A stretch of 61,429 nt of DNA, from assembly GCA_043817235.1 (NCBI GenBank), contig JBDRHA010000003.1, positions 1-61,429 on the forward strand, in the 5' to 3' direction. Shown in pieces: positions 17,788 to 25,941 of this stretch (position 1 is the first letter of the stretch; every line of letters begins with the position of its first letter). The notes below the pieces were generated by a model. That model had not been told where the DNA came from, ran no database searches, and saw only the letters and a program-made list of their open reading frames with translations. Source of the DNA: Candidatus Shapirobacteria bacterium. Its GTDB lineage: Bacteria > Patescibacteriota > Microgenomatia > UBA12405 > BS750m-G30. The position numbers and the translations under genes were made by a program.

Positions 17788-18246
17788 CTAATTAACCAGC
17801 AAGACCTTTCCCGTAAAATCACCGGAATAACCTCCCTGGCCAAGAGTAAAGGAAAAGCTCACCAAAGTATCATTATTTTCCGTCGCTTGGCAGGCAAAAT
17901 TCATTTCTTGGCAAGCCACACTGCTGGAAGTTAGAAAAGCGCTATTCGAAGCAACTCTATTGTTGGCAGAGGAATCACACCTTAAGATTGTGCTTTCTCC
18001 TTTTACAATGATTGTTAAAGAATCACCAAAGGCAGCGCAATCCGCCTCCTGGGCCTGGCGAATAAGATCACCCATAACAGAAACTGCTGATTCACCATTT
18101 TGTTTTATTTCTTTTAGAATCTCTACTTTTTCTGAAGAGCGGAAAACTACATAAATAATGCTCGCCACCACTGTTGAAATAATCGCTAAAATAGCTAAAG
18201 ATACCAGTGTTTCAATTAAAGTGAAACCTTTATTAATTTTTATCAT
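17788..18246 (-). CDS. Minor pilin-like protein (prepilin N-terminal methylation motif)
   Basis: MIKINKG|FTLIETLVSLAILAII. Confidence 0.75.
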   Translation of the reverse strand: MIKINKGFTLIETLVSLAILAIISTVVASIIYVVFRSSEKVEILKEIKQNGESAVSVMGDLIRQAQEADCAAFGDSLTIIVKGESTILRCDSSANNRVASNSAFLTSSSVACQEMNFACQATENNDTLVSFSFTLGQGGYSGDFTGKVLLVN

Positions 18247-18701
18247 TGCTCCCAGTTAGAGATAATCGTCGTTAATATAACATTATTTTTTTTCTCTACT
18301 CCTCCTTCTTCCAGCTCCCACCAATTATCCGGCGCGCTAGCAGAATCCCACCAAACAATTACCCTCATCCGAACCTGACGCCTACTATCTTCTTCTTCTA
18401 AGTCAGTAAATATATACTCACAGCCAAAGGCTTCGGGAAGCGAATCTAAGGAGCAGTCCAAAAGACTATCTAGGTTTAAGTTTTCATCTTCCCAAAAGGA
18501 AGCACTTTTTTTCTCTGCTTTAACCATCTCTATCTGCTCTCTGGTCAAGCGAGCGGCTATTGCCTTGTTTTTTGAGTAGCGGGATGCCTTTACGCTAAAA
18601 ATTGCGGCCACCACCAAACCGGATAAAATAATCAAAGTAATCCCGATTAAAAAGACTATCTCTACTAGCGTTTGCCCTTTTTGGAAATTTTTCTTAATCA
18701 C
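18243..18701 (-). CDS. Minor pilin-like protein (degenerate prepilin motif)
   Basis: MIKKNFQKG|QTLVEIVFLIGITLIIL, Glu+5 retained, Gln at +1. Confidence 0.6.
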   Translation of the reverse strand: MIKKNFQKGQTLVEIVFLIGITLIILSGLVVAAIFSVKASRYSKNKAIAARLTREQIEMVKAEKKSASFWEDENLNLDSLLDCSLDSLPEAFGCEYIFTDLEEEDSRRQVRMRVIVWWDSASAPDNWWELEEGGVEKKNNVILTTIISNWEQ

Positions 18702-19171
18702 TCTATGTTTCCCGAGGGGCTAACAACTAAGCTCCGACTCTGTCCTTGAAAAGAAATAGTTAATACTGCCTCTTGACTAACCGTTCCTTCTAAAGCAGTA
18801 ATTCTAATCGGCCAGTTCCCATCCGGAGAAAGGCTGACCCGGTCAACTTCATATTCTTCCCCCACAGCCAGCTCCTCTTCCACTCCAAAGCAAACTGGAG
18901 AAAATAATATTTTATTACTTTCCGGAATATCAACCAAATAATAAAGCAATAGGGTGCAGTTCATACTTGGCTTTTCTCCACCCATTGCCTTGGCTCTAAT
19001 TAGTCTTAATTTATCTTTTACCTCTGATGTTCCCTCAGTTAAAGTCCGGCGTTCGCTAAAGGAGCGGAATCCGACTATGGAAAGACCAAAAACAAGAAGG
19101 GAAATACTCAAGACGATTATTATCTCCATCAGGCTAAAGCCTTGATTGGATTTCCCAAGCCGCGCCCTCAC
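18698..19171 (-). CDS. Minor pilin-like protein
   Basis: KSNQG|FSLMEIIIVLSISLLVF; GTG at 19171 lies 1 nt after the upstream stop (the ORF-track ATG at 19279 would overlap the upstream gene by 107 nt). Confidence 0.6.
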   Translation of the reverse strand: MRARLGKSNQGFSLMEIIIVLSISLLVFGLSIVGFRSFSERRTLTEGTSEVKDKLRLIRAKAMGGEKPSMNCTLLLYYLVDIPESNKILFSPVCFGVEEELAVGEEYEVDRVSLSPDGNWPIRITALEGTVSQEAVLTISFQGQSRSLVVSPSGNIE

Positions 19172-19172
19172 T

Positions 19173-19568
19173 TTAAGGATTTCGTAACTTGTAATTGCAG
19201 TTCTCTTCTCCACAGCCTGCAGAACAAGTGCCCGGATCAGTGCTTTCCAGATATGCACAAACTTCGTAACTATAGTCACTAATTTGGTTATAATAATAAT
19301 CTAAGCCGCTTACCGGATCATCAGGAACCACACTTAAATAAGGCTCCGAACCTTCGGTCAAAGTAACAAGGGCCGCCGGGTAAGTATCATAGTCCACCCG
19401 GTAAAGCTCCAGGGCAGCCCGAATCTGCTCTAAATCAGCGGCCCTACGATCATCCCTGGCCTTTTTATTAGCCGACCGAAAAGATACTAAGGCAAAAGTA
19501 GAAATAACAAGAATAATAGTTACGGAAACAAGAAGTTCAATGAAAGTAAAGCCCGATTTTCTGGTCAT
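19173..19568 (-). CDS. GspG/PilA-type pilin paralog
   Basis: MTRKSG|FTFIELLVSV then KKARDDRRAADLEQIRAALELY; Cys-rich C-terminus. Confidence 0.8.
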   Translation of the reverse strand: MTRKSGFTFIELLVSVTIILVISTFALVSFRSANKKARDDRRAADLEQIRAALELYRVDYDTYPAALVTLTEGSEPYLSVVPDDPVSGLDYYYNQISDYSYEVCAYLESTDPGTCSAGCGEENCNYKLRNP

Positions 19569-19576
19569 CTTAGTAG

Positions 19577-19987
19577 TTATTGAACATTTTGCAAGCAATA
19601 ATAATCCCCTCCGGAAGACCAAGTGCACGAAGCATCAGAAGCATTGCCCGTAGTTGCTTCCAGGCGGGCGCAAATACAATAGGCAGTAGTATCACAACTC
19701 CAATCGTCATAGCTATAAGTATCGTCGTTTTTGGGATCCGTGGGCAATCCTCCCGGAAGATAATCATTTCCCGGATTACAGCTTGCCGCCGGGTAAGCGG
19801 CATTAACCGCATAATATTGCTCCAGCGCTTCATGAGCTTGGCCAACATCCTGTTTTCTTTTGGCATCTCGGGCTCTTTTTTGAGCCGAAGAATAAGAGGC
19901 AAATCCAGCGGCAACAATAATCCCAATAATGGAAATCACCACCAAGAGCTCAAAAAGAGTAAAGCCATTTTTCTTATTTTTTTTCAT
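19577..19987 (-). CDS. GspG/PilA-type pilin paralog
   Basis: MKKNKKNG|FTLFELLVVISIIG then KRARDAKRKQDVGQAHEALEQYY; Cys-rich C-terminus. Confidence 0.8.
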   Translation of the reverse strand: MKKNKKNGFTLFELLVVISIIGIIVAAGFASYSSAQKRARDAKRKQDVGQAHEALEQYYAVNAAYPAASCNPGNDYLPGGLPTDPKNDDTYSYDDWSCDTTAYCICARLEATTGNASDASCTWSSGGDYYCLQNVQ

Positions 19988-20003
19988 TTTTGTTTTTTAA
20001 TTT

Positions 20004-20453
20004 TTAATGTCCGCAGGCAAAATAACAATTACTCTCAGAGCATCCTGACGAGCAGGTGCCGGCCGAATTGCAATAACTTTGAGAGCTTGCTGCATCCGCA
20101 TCACCCGGGTTTTCCAGGTTAGCTCCAAGTAAGAATTCTTCACCGTCCGAAGAAGAGCAATAATAATATTCCTGGTCGCTTTTGGGGTCTTGAGGAACCT
20201 CCTCCATGTACCCGTCCCAACCTTCCCCAAAAGAAACACCATCCGGATAACTTTGGTTATCATCATAATAAAGCCGGAGGGCATTTTTTATTTCATAAAG
20301 CTCCTGCTTTCTTTGAGAATCACGAGCTCTTTGGCGAGCGCTAATTAAATTAGGAAGAAGAAGACCGGTAAGCGACCCGATAATAAACAAAACTACCAAT
20401 AGTTCTATCAGGGAAAAGCCTCTTAAATTTTTATTCACAGCCAACTTCGGCAT
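20004..20453 (-). CDS. GspG/PilA-type pilin paralog
   Basis: MPKLAVNKNLRG|FSLIELLVVLFIIG then QRARDSQRKQELYEIKNALRLYY; ATG 20453 chosen over the long ORF start 20576. Confidence 0.75.
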   Translation of the reverse strand: MPKLAVNKNLRGFSLIELLVVLFIIGSLTGLLLPNLISARQRARDSQRKQELYEIKNALRLYYDDNQSYPDGVSFGEGWDGYMEEVPQDPKSDQEYYYCSSSDGEEFLLGANLENPGDADAASSQSYCNSAGTCSSGCSESNCYFACGH

Positions 20454-20931
20454 TTGGGCTGGCAACCGCATAACGATAGTCACTATCAGTATTGCAAGTA
20501 TAACCAGAAGCGCAGTAATTTGAATCATTGTCGTTTTCCAGTTTAGCATAAAGAGTAAAGCTATCGCTATCGCCAAAATAGCAATAGCTATAGTCTGTTT
20601 GTGGGTCCTTGGGCAGTCTTTTCATATAAACGACAGTTTGGTCGTCGCCCACATCAGCCTGAAAAGATTCGGTCCAGCCAACTCCCGTTTCTCCGTCAAC
20701 AGAAATTAATCCTTCGTAGTTTAGGGGATAGGAACCATGGTCAGAATAATACATTTCCAAAGCGCGAGCAATATTGTCTAAATCTGCTTTGCGCTGAGCA
20801 TCTCGAGCTTTTTTCTGGCTATTGCGATACTGGCCAAAAGCAATGCTTGCCAAAATAGCCATTATAGCCATAACCACTAGCAATTCCACTAAGGTAAATC
20901 CTTTTCTTTTCATAGTTAATATTCTTCCCAT
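20431..20931 (-). CDS. GspG/PilA-type pilin paralog
   Basis: (MGRILT)MKRKG|FTLVELLVVMAIMA then KKARDAQRKADLDNIARALEMYY; alternative ATG at 20913. Confidence 0.8.
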   Translation of the reverse strand: MGRILTMKRKGFTLVELLVVMAIMAILASIAFGQYRNSQKKARDAQRKADLDNIARALEMYYSDHGSYPLNYEGLISVDGETGVGWTESFQADVGDDQTVVYMKRLPKDPQTDYSYCYFGDSDSFTLYAKLENDNDSNYCASGYTCNTDSDYRYAVASPNAEVGCE

Positions 20932-20935
20932 TCTA

Positions 20936-22219
20936 TCATAGCTCTGGATCAGTACAGTAATTCCAACAACTCGAATCGCTATAGCAACAATCTGCTCTCA
21001 CGTCTGTTGGCCCTACTGGACCATTACAGGTGCTATGATCGCCCGCCGTAGACATTTGATAATAATCTCCCACGCAAACAGAAAACTCTTGCTCGGAGCA
21101 GTAATCTACTTCTAGCTTGGAAGCACTAGTTGGCGAACCTTCAACCGCCCGGTAGCCACGCAAACTGTCGGCTGCTGTCCCATTATCTTTGGTGATGATT
21201 AATAAAGAATTGCCGCTTGACCATCCGGGTCGGTCAACAATTTCTTGAATAACCTCGCCAATGTCCGGCGGCGAATACCAATTATTGTTAAGCCAATTAG
21301 TATTAATATTCCATTCGACGCCAGCGGAAGTTAAAGGCCGGCCTCTGAAATCAGTGCTAGACGCCGGAGAACTAGGGTTGTCTGCCGCGTTGGCCGCCAC
21401 ACTGATGCTTAGATTAGCCGAATACTCGGCAGCCGCTCTCCAGCTAAGAACAGCGCTATTAATCGTTGCTCCTTGAGGGATGGCTACATTAGTAAAGCGA
21501 TTCCAGGTCCCATAAGAATGGCCGCCAAGAAGTCGGCCGATCGTATTGCTGGTTAATCCACTGTCATAGCCGTCACCATTATCATCCCAGCAACGGCCAT
21601 CGTCTGGATTTTGGCTCACCTGAAGCTCAAGAGTATCACAAACAATAGCCGGAGTCGGGGTGGAAGTGGGAATTGTATCCGTGGGTGTTGCTGTTGGCTC
21701 AATTACCGGAGTAGGTGTCGGAGTCAGTTCATTACCCGGCAAACCGGGAACAGATTCGGATTCTAGGCCTTCAGCATAAACCACAAAATTATAATTTTCC
21801 GTGCCGATAACACAGCCGCTGTAACATTCATTCGCCAGCAGCTGATGGTCTTTTAAATATTCGATATTCGTGTAAATTGCATAATAGTCAGGACATTCAT
21901 CATCTTCCACCACTACTCTATAGAAATTGCCCAACGAATCGCAATAAACTTTTTCCAGCCAGGGAGTAAAGGCCTTTGACCCACAGTGCTCAAAAATAGC
22001 GGGGTCAGAAGGATAACAGCCCCAATCCGCAAAATAATCCTCAAAGGCAATTTTTATTTTTTGAATCTGGGCTTTTCTTTCGGCATCCCGAGCTTTTTTA
22101 AGCTGGCTAACATATGCCAGAGCCAGGAGCGTGGTCAAAAAACCAATAATAGTAATTACTATCAATAGTTCAGTTAGAGTAAAGCCCTTGAGCTTGTTTT
22201 TAATTAAAGGCCTAACCAT
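20936..22219 (-). CDS. Large pilin-like protein (427 aa): pilin N-domain, Thr/Pro linker, ~220-aa C-terminal domain
   Basis: MVRPLIKNKLKG|FTLTELLIVITIIG, KKARDAERKAQIQKIKIAFEDYF, linker TPTPTPVIEPTATPTDTIPTSTPTP, Cys-bounded C-terminal module. Confidence 0.75.
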   Translation of the reverse strand: MVRPLIKNKLKGFTLTELLIVITIIGFLTTLLALAYVSQLKKARDAERKAQIQKIKIAFEDYFADWGCYPSDPAIFEHCGSKAFTPWLEKVYCDSLGNFYRVVVEDDECPDYYAIYTNIEYLKDHQLLANECYSGCVIGTENYNFVVYAEGLESESVPGLPGNELTPTPTPVIEPTATPTDTIPTSTPTPAIVCDTLELQVSQNPDDGRCWDDNGDGYDSGLTSNTIGRLLGGHSYGTWNRFTNVAIPQGATINSAVLSWRAAAEYSANLSISVAANAADNPSSPASSTDFRGRPLTSAGVEWNINTNWLNNNWYSPPDIGEVIQEIVDRPGWSSGNSLLIITKDNGTAADSLRGYRAVEGSPTSASKLEVDYCSEQEFSVCVGDYYQMSTAGDHSTCNGPVGPTDVRADCCYSDSSCWNYCTDPEL

Positions 22220-22959
22220 AAATAAATTTTATCAATAATAGTCTCTCCCGACCAAATGCAAATTAAAAAACCTAAGGCTAAAAAAGGGCCAAAAGCAATC
22301 TGCTGCCCGAATTTTGCTTTTTTGCTCAGAATCATTATGACACCGGTTAAGCCGCCGGTCAAGACAGCTAAATAAAAAGCTAAAATTATTTGAGGAAAGC
22401 CTAAAAAGATGCCCATAAATAACGCAAACTTAACGTCGCCCAAGCCCATCCCTTGCCCTTTGGTCAGAAGATGAAGTAAAAGTAAAAAAAATGCCGCGGC
22501 CAACCCAGCGTAGACATAAGAAAAAAAATTGCTCCAGCTTAAAAAAGTAAAATAGCGATAAAAAAGAGTAATGATTAATAAGCTTAAAGTAATCCAGTCC
22601 GGAATAATTCTTTTTTGCCAATCAATAAAAATCATCAAAACCAAAAAAGAAACAATGGCCAGGTCTAAAAAAAGAATAACTAAAGAATGCTCCCGGGCTA
22701 AATAAGTCAAAAGAAAAAAGACTCCGCTTGCCAGCTCTACCAAAAGATAAGAGCAGGGAATAGGGGAGTGGCAGGTTCGGCACCTCCCCTTGAGCATTAC
22801 ATAAGAAATTAAAGGTATGTTTTCCCACCAACAAAGCTTTCGCTGACAGCGATCACAAAAAGAACGCTTCTTGTCTAATAAAGCCCCTCCCCTGAAAATT
22901 ACTACCCCTAAAAAACTGCCTATTGCTAAACCCAGTAGGGTTATTATCACTTGTGCCAT
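22204..22959 (-). CDS. pilD: Prepilin peptidase (A24 family)
   Basis: N-terminal Zn-like CDRCQRKL...GRCRTCHSPIP, polytopic membrane, GLGDVKF active-site Asp motif. Confidence 0.85.
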   Translation of the reverse strand: MAQVIITLLGLAIGSFLGVVIFRGGALLDKKRSFCDRCQRKLCWWENIPLISYVMLKGRCRTCHSPIPCSYLLVELASGVFFLLTYLAREHSLVILFLDLAIVSFLVLMIFIDWQKRIIPDWITLSLLIITLFYRYFTFLSWSNFFSYVYAGLAAAFFLLLLHLLTKGQGMGLGDVKFALFMGIFLGFPQIILAFYLAVLTGGLTGVIMILSKKAKFGQQIAFGPFLALGFLICIWSGETIIDKIYLWLGL

Positions 22960-22978
22960 AATAACTTCCTACTGGGTT

Positions 22979-23644
22979 TTATTCCGGAACACACTTAAAA
23001 TAAGAACTTTGAGCGTCTGAATAATCAAATTCTTCTTCATCAAGCTCTGTCACTTCTAATTTCTGGGTTGGAAAACCGTTATCATCGATGGCTAAGTCGT
23101 TAGGATTTGAGGTTAGCTGACGATTAGAATTCGCTTTGGGAATATAGCAAACATAGATCCCGCTTGTTCCTCCTTCGCGCCATAAATAGAGTTTATCAAT
23201 ATAAGTAACAGCTGAAGAGAATTGATCTTTACTTGCGAAAGAATCTTTAAGTTCATCTGTGCTAATTAATGCCCCCTCGTCGGAACCTGCGGTAATACAA
23301 GAACCAGCTACTTCTTCGTCTACAGACGCACCGCTACAAACTCCCATTCCTGGCATCCGGCTTGTTAAACCCACATCTACACTTTCACCGAGACCATTAC
23401 CCTCGAGCCAAACTTCATCAGCCCATGGATAATATAACTGGGTAGCATAATAACGCTCTACTGCCGCTAAAACCTCAGCCGAATCATTTTGAAAACGAGC
23501 ATCCCGCGCTTTGTTCACCTGTTCAATTGGATTAAGAGTAGCAATTAAGGCTACTGCCAAAACCGCAATCAAAGCAATAACGATTAATAATTCTACTAAG
23601 GTAAAACCACCATCGCTACCACCAAAATTTATTTTTTTTCTCAC
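22979..23644 (-). CDS. Candidate major type IV pilin
   Basis: MRKKINFGGSDGG|FTLVELLIVIALIAVLA, NKARDARFQNDSAEVLAAVERYY; GTG start preceded by the strongest SD in the locus (GGGAGGTG, 5-nt spacer); sits between pilC and pilD. Confidence 0.8.
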   Translation of the reverse strand: MRKKINFGGSDGGFTLVELLIVIALIAVLAVALIATLNPIEQVNKARDARFQNDSAEVLAAVERYYATQLYYPWADEVWLEGNGLGESVDVGLTSRMPGMGVCSGASVDEEVAGSCITAGSDEGALISTDELKDSFASKDQFSSAVTYIDKLYLWREGGTSGIYVCYIPKANSNRQLTSNPNDLAIDDNGFPTQKLEVTELDEEEFDYSDAQSSYFKCVPE

Positions 23645-23662
23645 TTTTTCACCTCCCTTCTT

Positions 23663-24865
23663 CTAAAATTGACTAGTTAAATTGTAAATCGGCATAATCA
23701 CCGCAAACACCAAAAAACCAACTCCCAGGCCTAGCAGAATCATAATAAGGGGTTCTATGGCAGTTGTCAAGTTCTTTACCAGCTGATCTACTTCCAGCTG
23801 AAAATAATCAGAAAGTTTGAATAAAATTTCATCTAATTTACCTGTTTCCTCACCCGTGCCAATCATCTGAGGGACAATCGGGGGAATTAATTCTCTTCCG
23901 TCTAGGGCCTCAGCTAAAGAAAAACCTTTTTCTACCCGAGACTTAGCTTGTTCAAAAATTTCTTCGTAAAGGCTGTTTCCGGCTGACTGGGCTACAATTT
24001 CCAAACCCTCCACTAAAGATACTCCGGTATGCACAAGCATGGCTAAGGTTCGGGCCATTTCGGTTAAAATCATCATCTTGCTTATTTTGCCCAGCAAAGG
24101 AACCTTAAATCGGAAGCGAGCAAACTTTTGCTCAAACTCTTTTTTTTGACACAGAAGGCGAAAAGCAATAAACCCCCCAAAAATCAATAAGGGGAAAATC
24201 CAAAAAAACCTAGACATAAAATTAGAAAACTGCATTAAAATGCGGGTGCTTACCGGCAAATCGGTTCCGAATTCTGAGTACAGGCCCATCATTTTCGGCA
24301 ATACAAAGGTGACCACAATAAAAACAACACCAGTCATCCCCAAAACCACAATTACCGGATAAATCATAGCCGATTTGACCCGTCCGACAAATTCTTTTTT
24401 TTTCTCCAAATTATCGGCCAGCCGAGAAAGAACCTTATCCAAGACCCCAGATTCTTCGCCAGCTTTCACCGAGGCAATATAAACCGGCCCAAAAATTTTC
24501 TCATATTTAATTAGAGCCTTAGATAGAGTATCTCCTCCTTCAATAATAGCCTGGATATCTTCTATAAGCAGACCCATCCGGCCGGTAAACTGTTTTTTGA
24601 GAAGCTCCAGAGCTTCAATTAACGATAACCCGGAGCTAATCATGGTAGATAGCTGGCGAGTAAAAGAAGTTACTTGATTTAAGCCGATTTTTTGGAAAAT
24701 TAGAGCCAGATACTCGTTCCAGCTTTTCCTGTAAGGGCTCAGACCCACAATCACCAGGCCTTTTTTCCGTAATAAACTTACCGCATCTTTGCTTGCCGCC
24801 GCCTCTACCAAGCCTTTTACTTTTTTCCCTTTTTGATCCCGAGCAATAAAATTAAATTTTTTCAT
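23663..24865 (-). CDS. pilC: Type IV pilus platform protein PilC (GspF family)
   Basis: Two GspF repeats (SSGLSLIEALELL / HTGVSLVEGLEIV), three TM segments, 400 aa. Confidence 0.9.
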   Translation of the reverse strand: MKKFNFIARDQKGKKVKGLVEAAASKDAVSLLRKKGLVIVGLSPYRKSWNEYLALIFQKIGLNQVTSFTRQLSTMISSGLSLIEALELLKKQFTGRMGLLIEDIQAIIEGGDTLSKALIKYEKIFGPVYIASVKAGEESGVLDKVLSRLADNLEKKKEFVGRVKSAMIYPVIVVLGMTGVVFIVVTFVLPKMMGLYSEFGTDLPVSTRILMQFSNFMSRFFWIFPLLIFGGFIAFRLLCQKKEFEQKFARFRFKVPLLGKISKMMILTEMARTLAMLVHTGVSLVEGLEIVAQSAGNSLYEEIFEQAKSRVEKGFSLAEALDGRELIPPIVPQMIGTGEETGKLDEILFKLSDYFQLEVDQLVKNLTTAIEPLIMILLGLGVGFLVFAVIMPIYNLTSQF

Positions 24866-25933
24866 TTACTTTCTAAAATATCGGTTTAATTCACTTTTAC
24901 GAATAGCAAAATCCCTAGCCGTTTCCGCCGCAATTTTGTTTTCTTTTACTAACTGTATCAAAGATTTTTCCAGCAAAACCATTCCCGTATCGTTAGAAGT
25001 CTGAATAATATTATCTATCATGTAGCTTTTTCCTTCCCGAATAGCATTCTTAACCGCCGGATTATTAATTAAAATTTCTAAAGCAGGAACGCGCCCGGGC
25101 CGCAATCCAGGAACTAGCCTCTGAGAAATAACCATGCCTAAAACGGCGGCCAGCTGAGAAGTAACCTGCTGTTTTGCCGAACCCGGAAAAACATCAATTA
25201 TTCGGTCTACTGTTTCGGCCGCACTGTTAGTGTGCAGGGTAGAAAAAACCAGATGACCAGTTTCGGCAATGGTTAAAGCGGCGCCAATTGTTTCCAAGTC
25301 CCGCATTTCGCCGATAAAAACCACGTCTGGATCTTGGCGCAAGCTTGAGCGCAAAGCCCGGCTCCAGTCTTTAGTGTCCGCACCAACTTCACGCTGAGAA
25401 ATTATTGACTTATTGGGGCGAAAACGATATTCAATCGGGTCTTCAACGCTAATTATGTGAGCCCGGCGGCTAGAATTAATTTCCTCAAGTAAGCTGGCAA
25501 CCGTAGTTGACTTGCCATGCCCGGTTGGGCCGGTAATCAAAACTAAACCTTGGCGCCAATTTACCACCTGACTTAAAAGCGACGGCAAGCCAAGCTTATT
25601 AAGAGAGGGGACCTCGCCAGCCAAGTAGCGCAAGCTGGCTGATGCCTGCCCTTGCTGAAAGTAAACATTAACTCTAAATTGTCCATCGCTATGGATAAAA
25701 GAAAAGTCCACTTCCTTTTCCTTTAAAAAACGCTCTTTTCTTTGACTCAAAAGCAGCTCTATTAGCCGGCCTAGTCTTTCTTCCTCTATTGCCGGCTCGT
25801 TAGCCAGAGGGTAAAGCTCACCATAAACACGAACGACTGGGGGGTAGCCGGCCACCAAATGCAAGTCTGAGGCCATATTATTAATAGTAAGCTCTAATAA
25901 TTTGTCTAAATAAGCTTTTATATCTTTTTCCAT
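24866..25933 (-). CDS. pilT: Retraction ATPase PilT
   Basis: Walker A GPTGHGKST, Asp box, His box, AVKNAIREGK (PilT AIRNLIREGK-type motif), no N-terminal GSPII domain. Confidence 0.9.
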   Translation of the reverse strand: MEKDIKAYLDKLLELTINNMASDLHLVAGYPPVVRVYGELYPLANEPAIEEERLGRLIELLLSQRKERFLKEKEVDFSFIHSDGQFRVNVYFQQGQASASLRYLAGEVPSLNKLGLPSLLSQVVNWRQGLVLITGPTGHGKSTTVASLLEEINSSRRAHIISVEDPIEYRFRPNKSIISQREVGADTKDWSRALRSSLRQDPDVVFIGEMRDLETIGAALTIAETGHLVFSTLHTNSAAETVDRIIDVFPGSAKQQVTSQLAAVLGMVISQRLVPGLRPGRVPALEILINNPAVKNAIREGKSYMIDNIIQTSNDTGMVLLEKSLIQLVKENKIAAETARDFAIRKSELNRYFRK

Positions 25934-25941
25934 GTTGATCT

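Noticed and set aside
19580-20122. 180-aa plus-strand ORF antisense to the pilin genes (also 19570-19926 and 19997-20284 on the minus strand)
   Set aside because: These are shadow or alternative-frame ORFs over well-supported pilin genes that carry prepilin motifs, and their composition is low-complexity.
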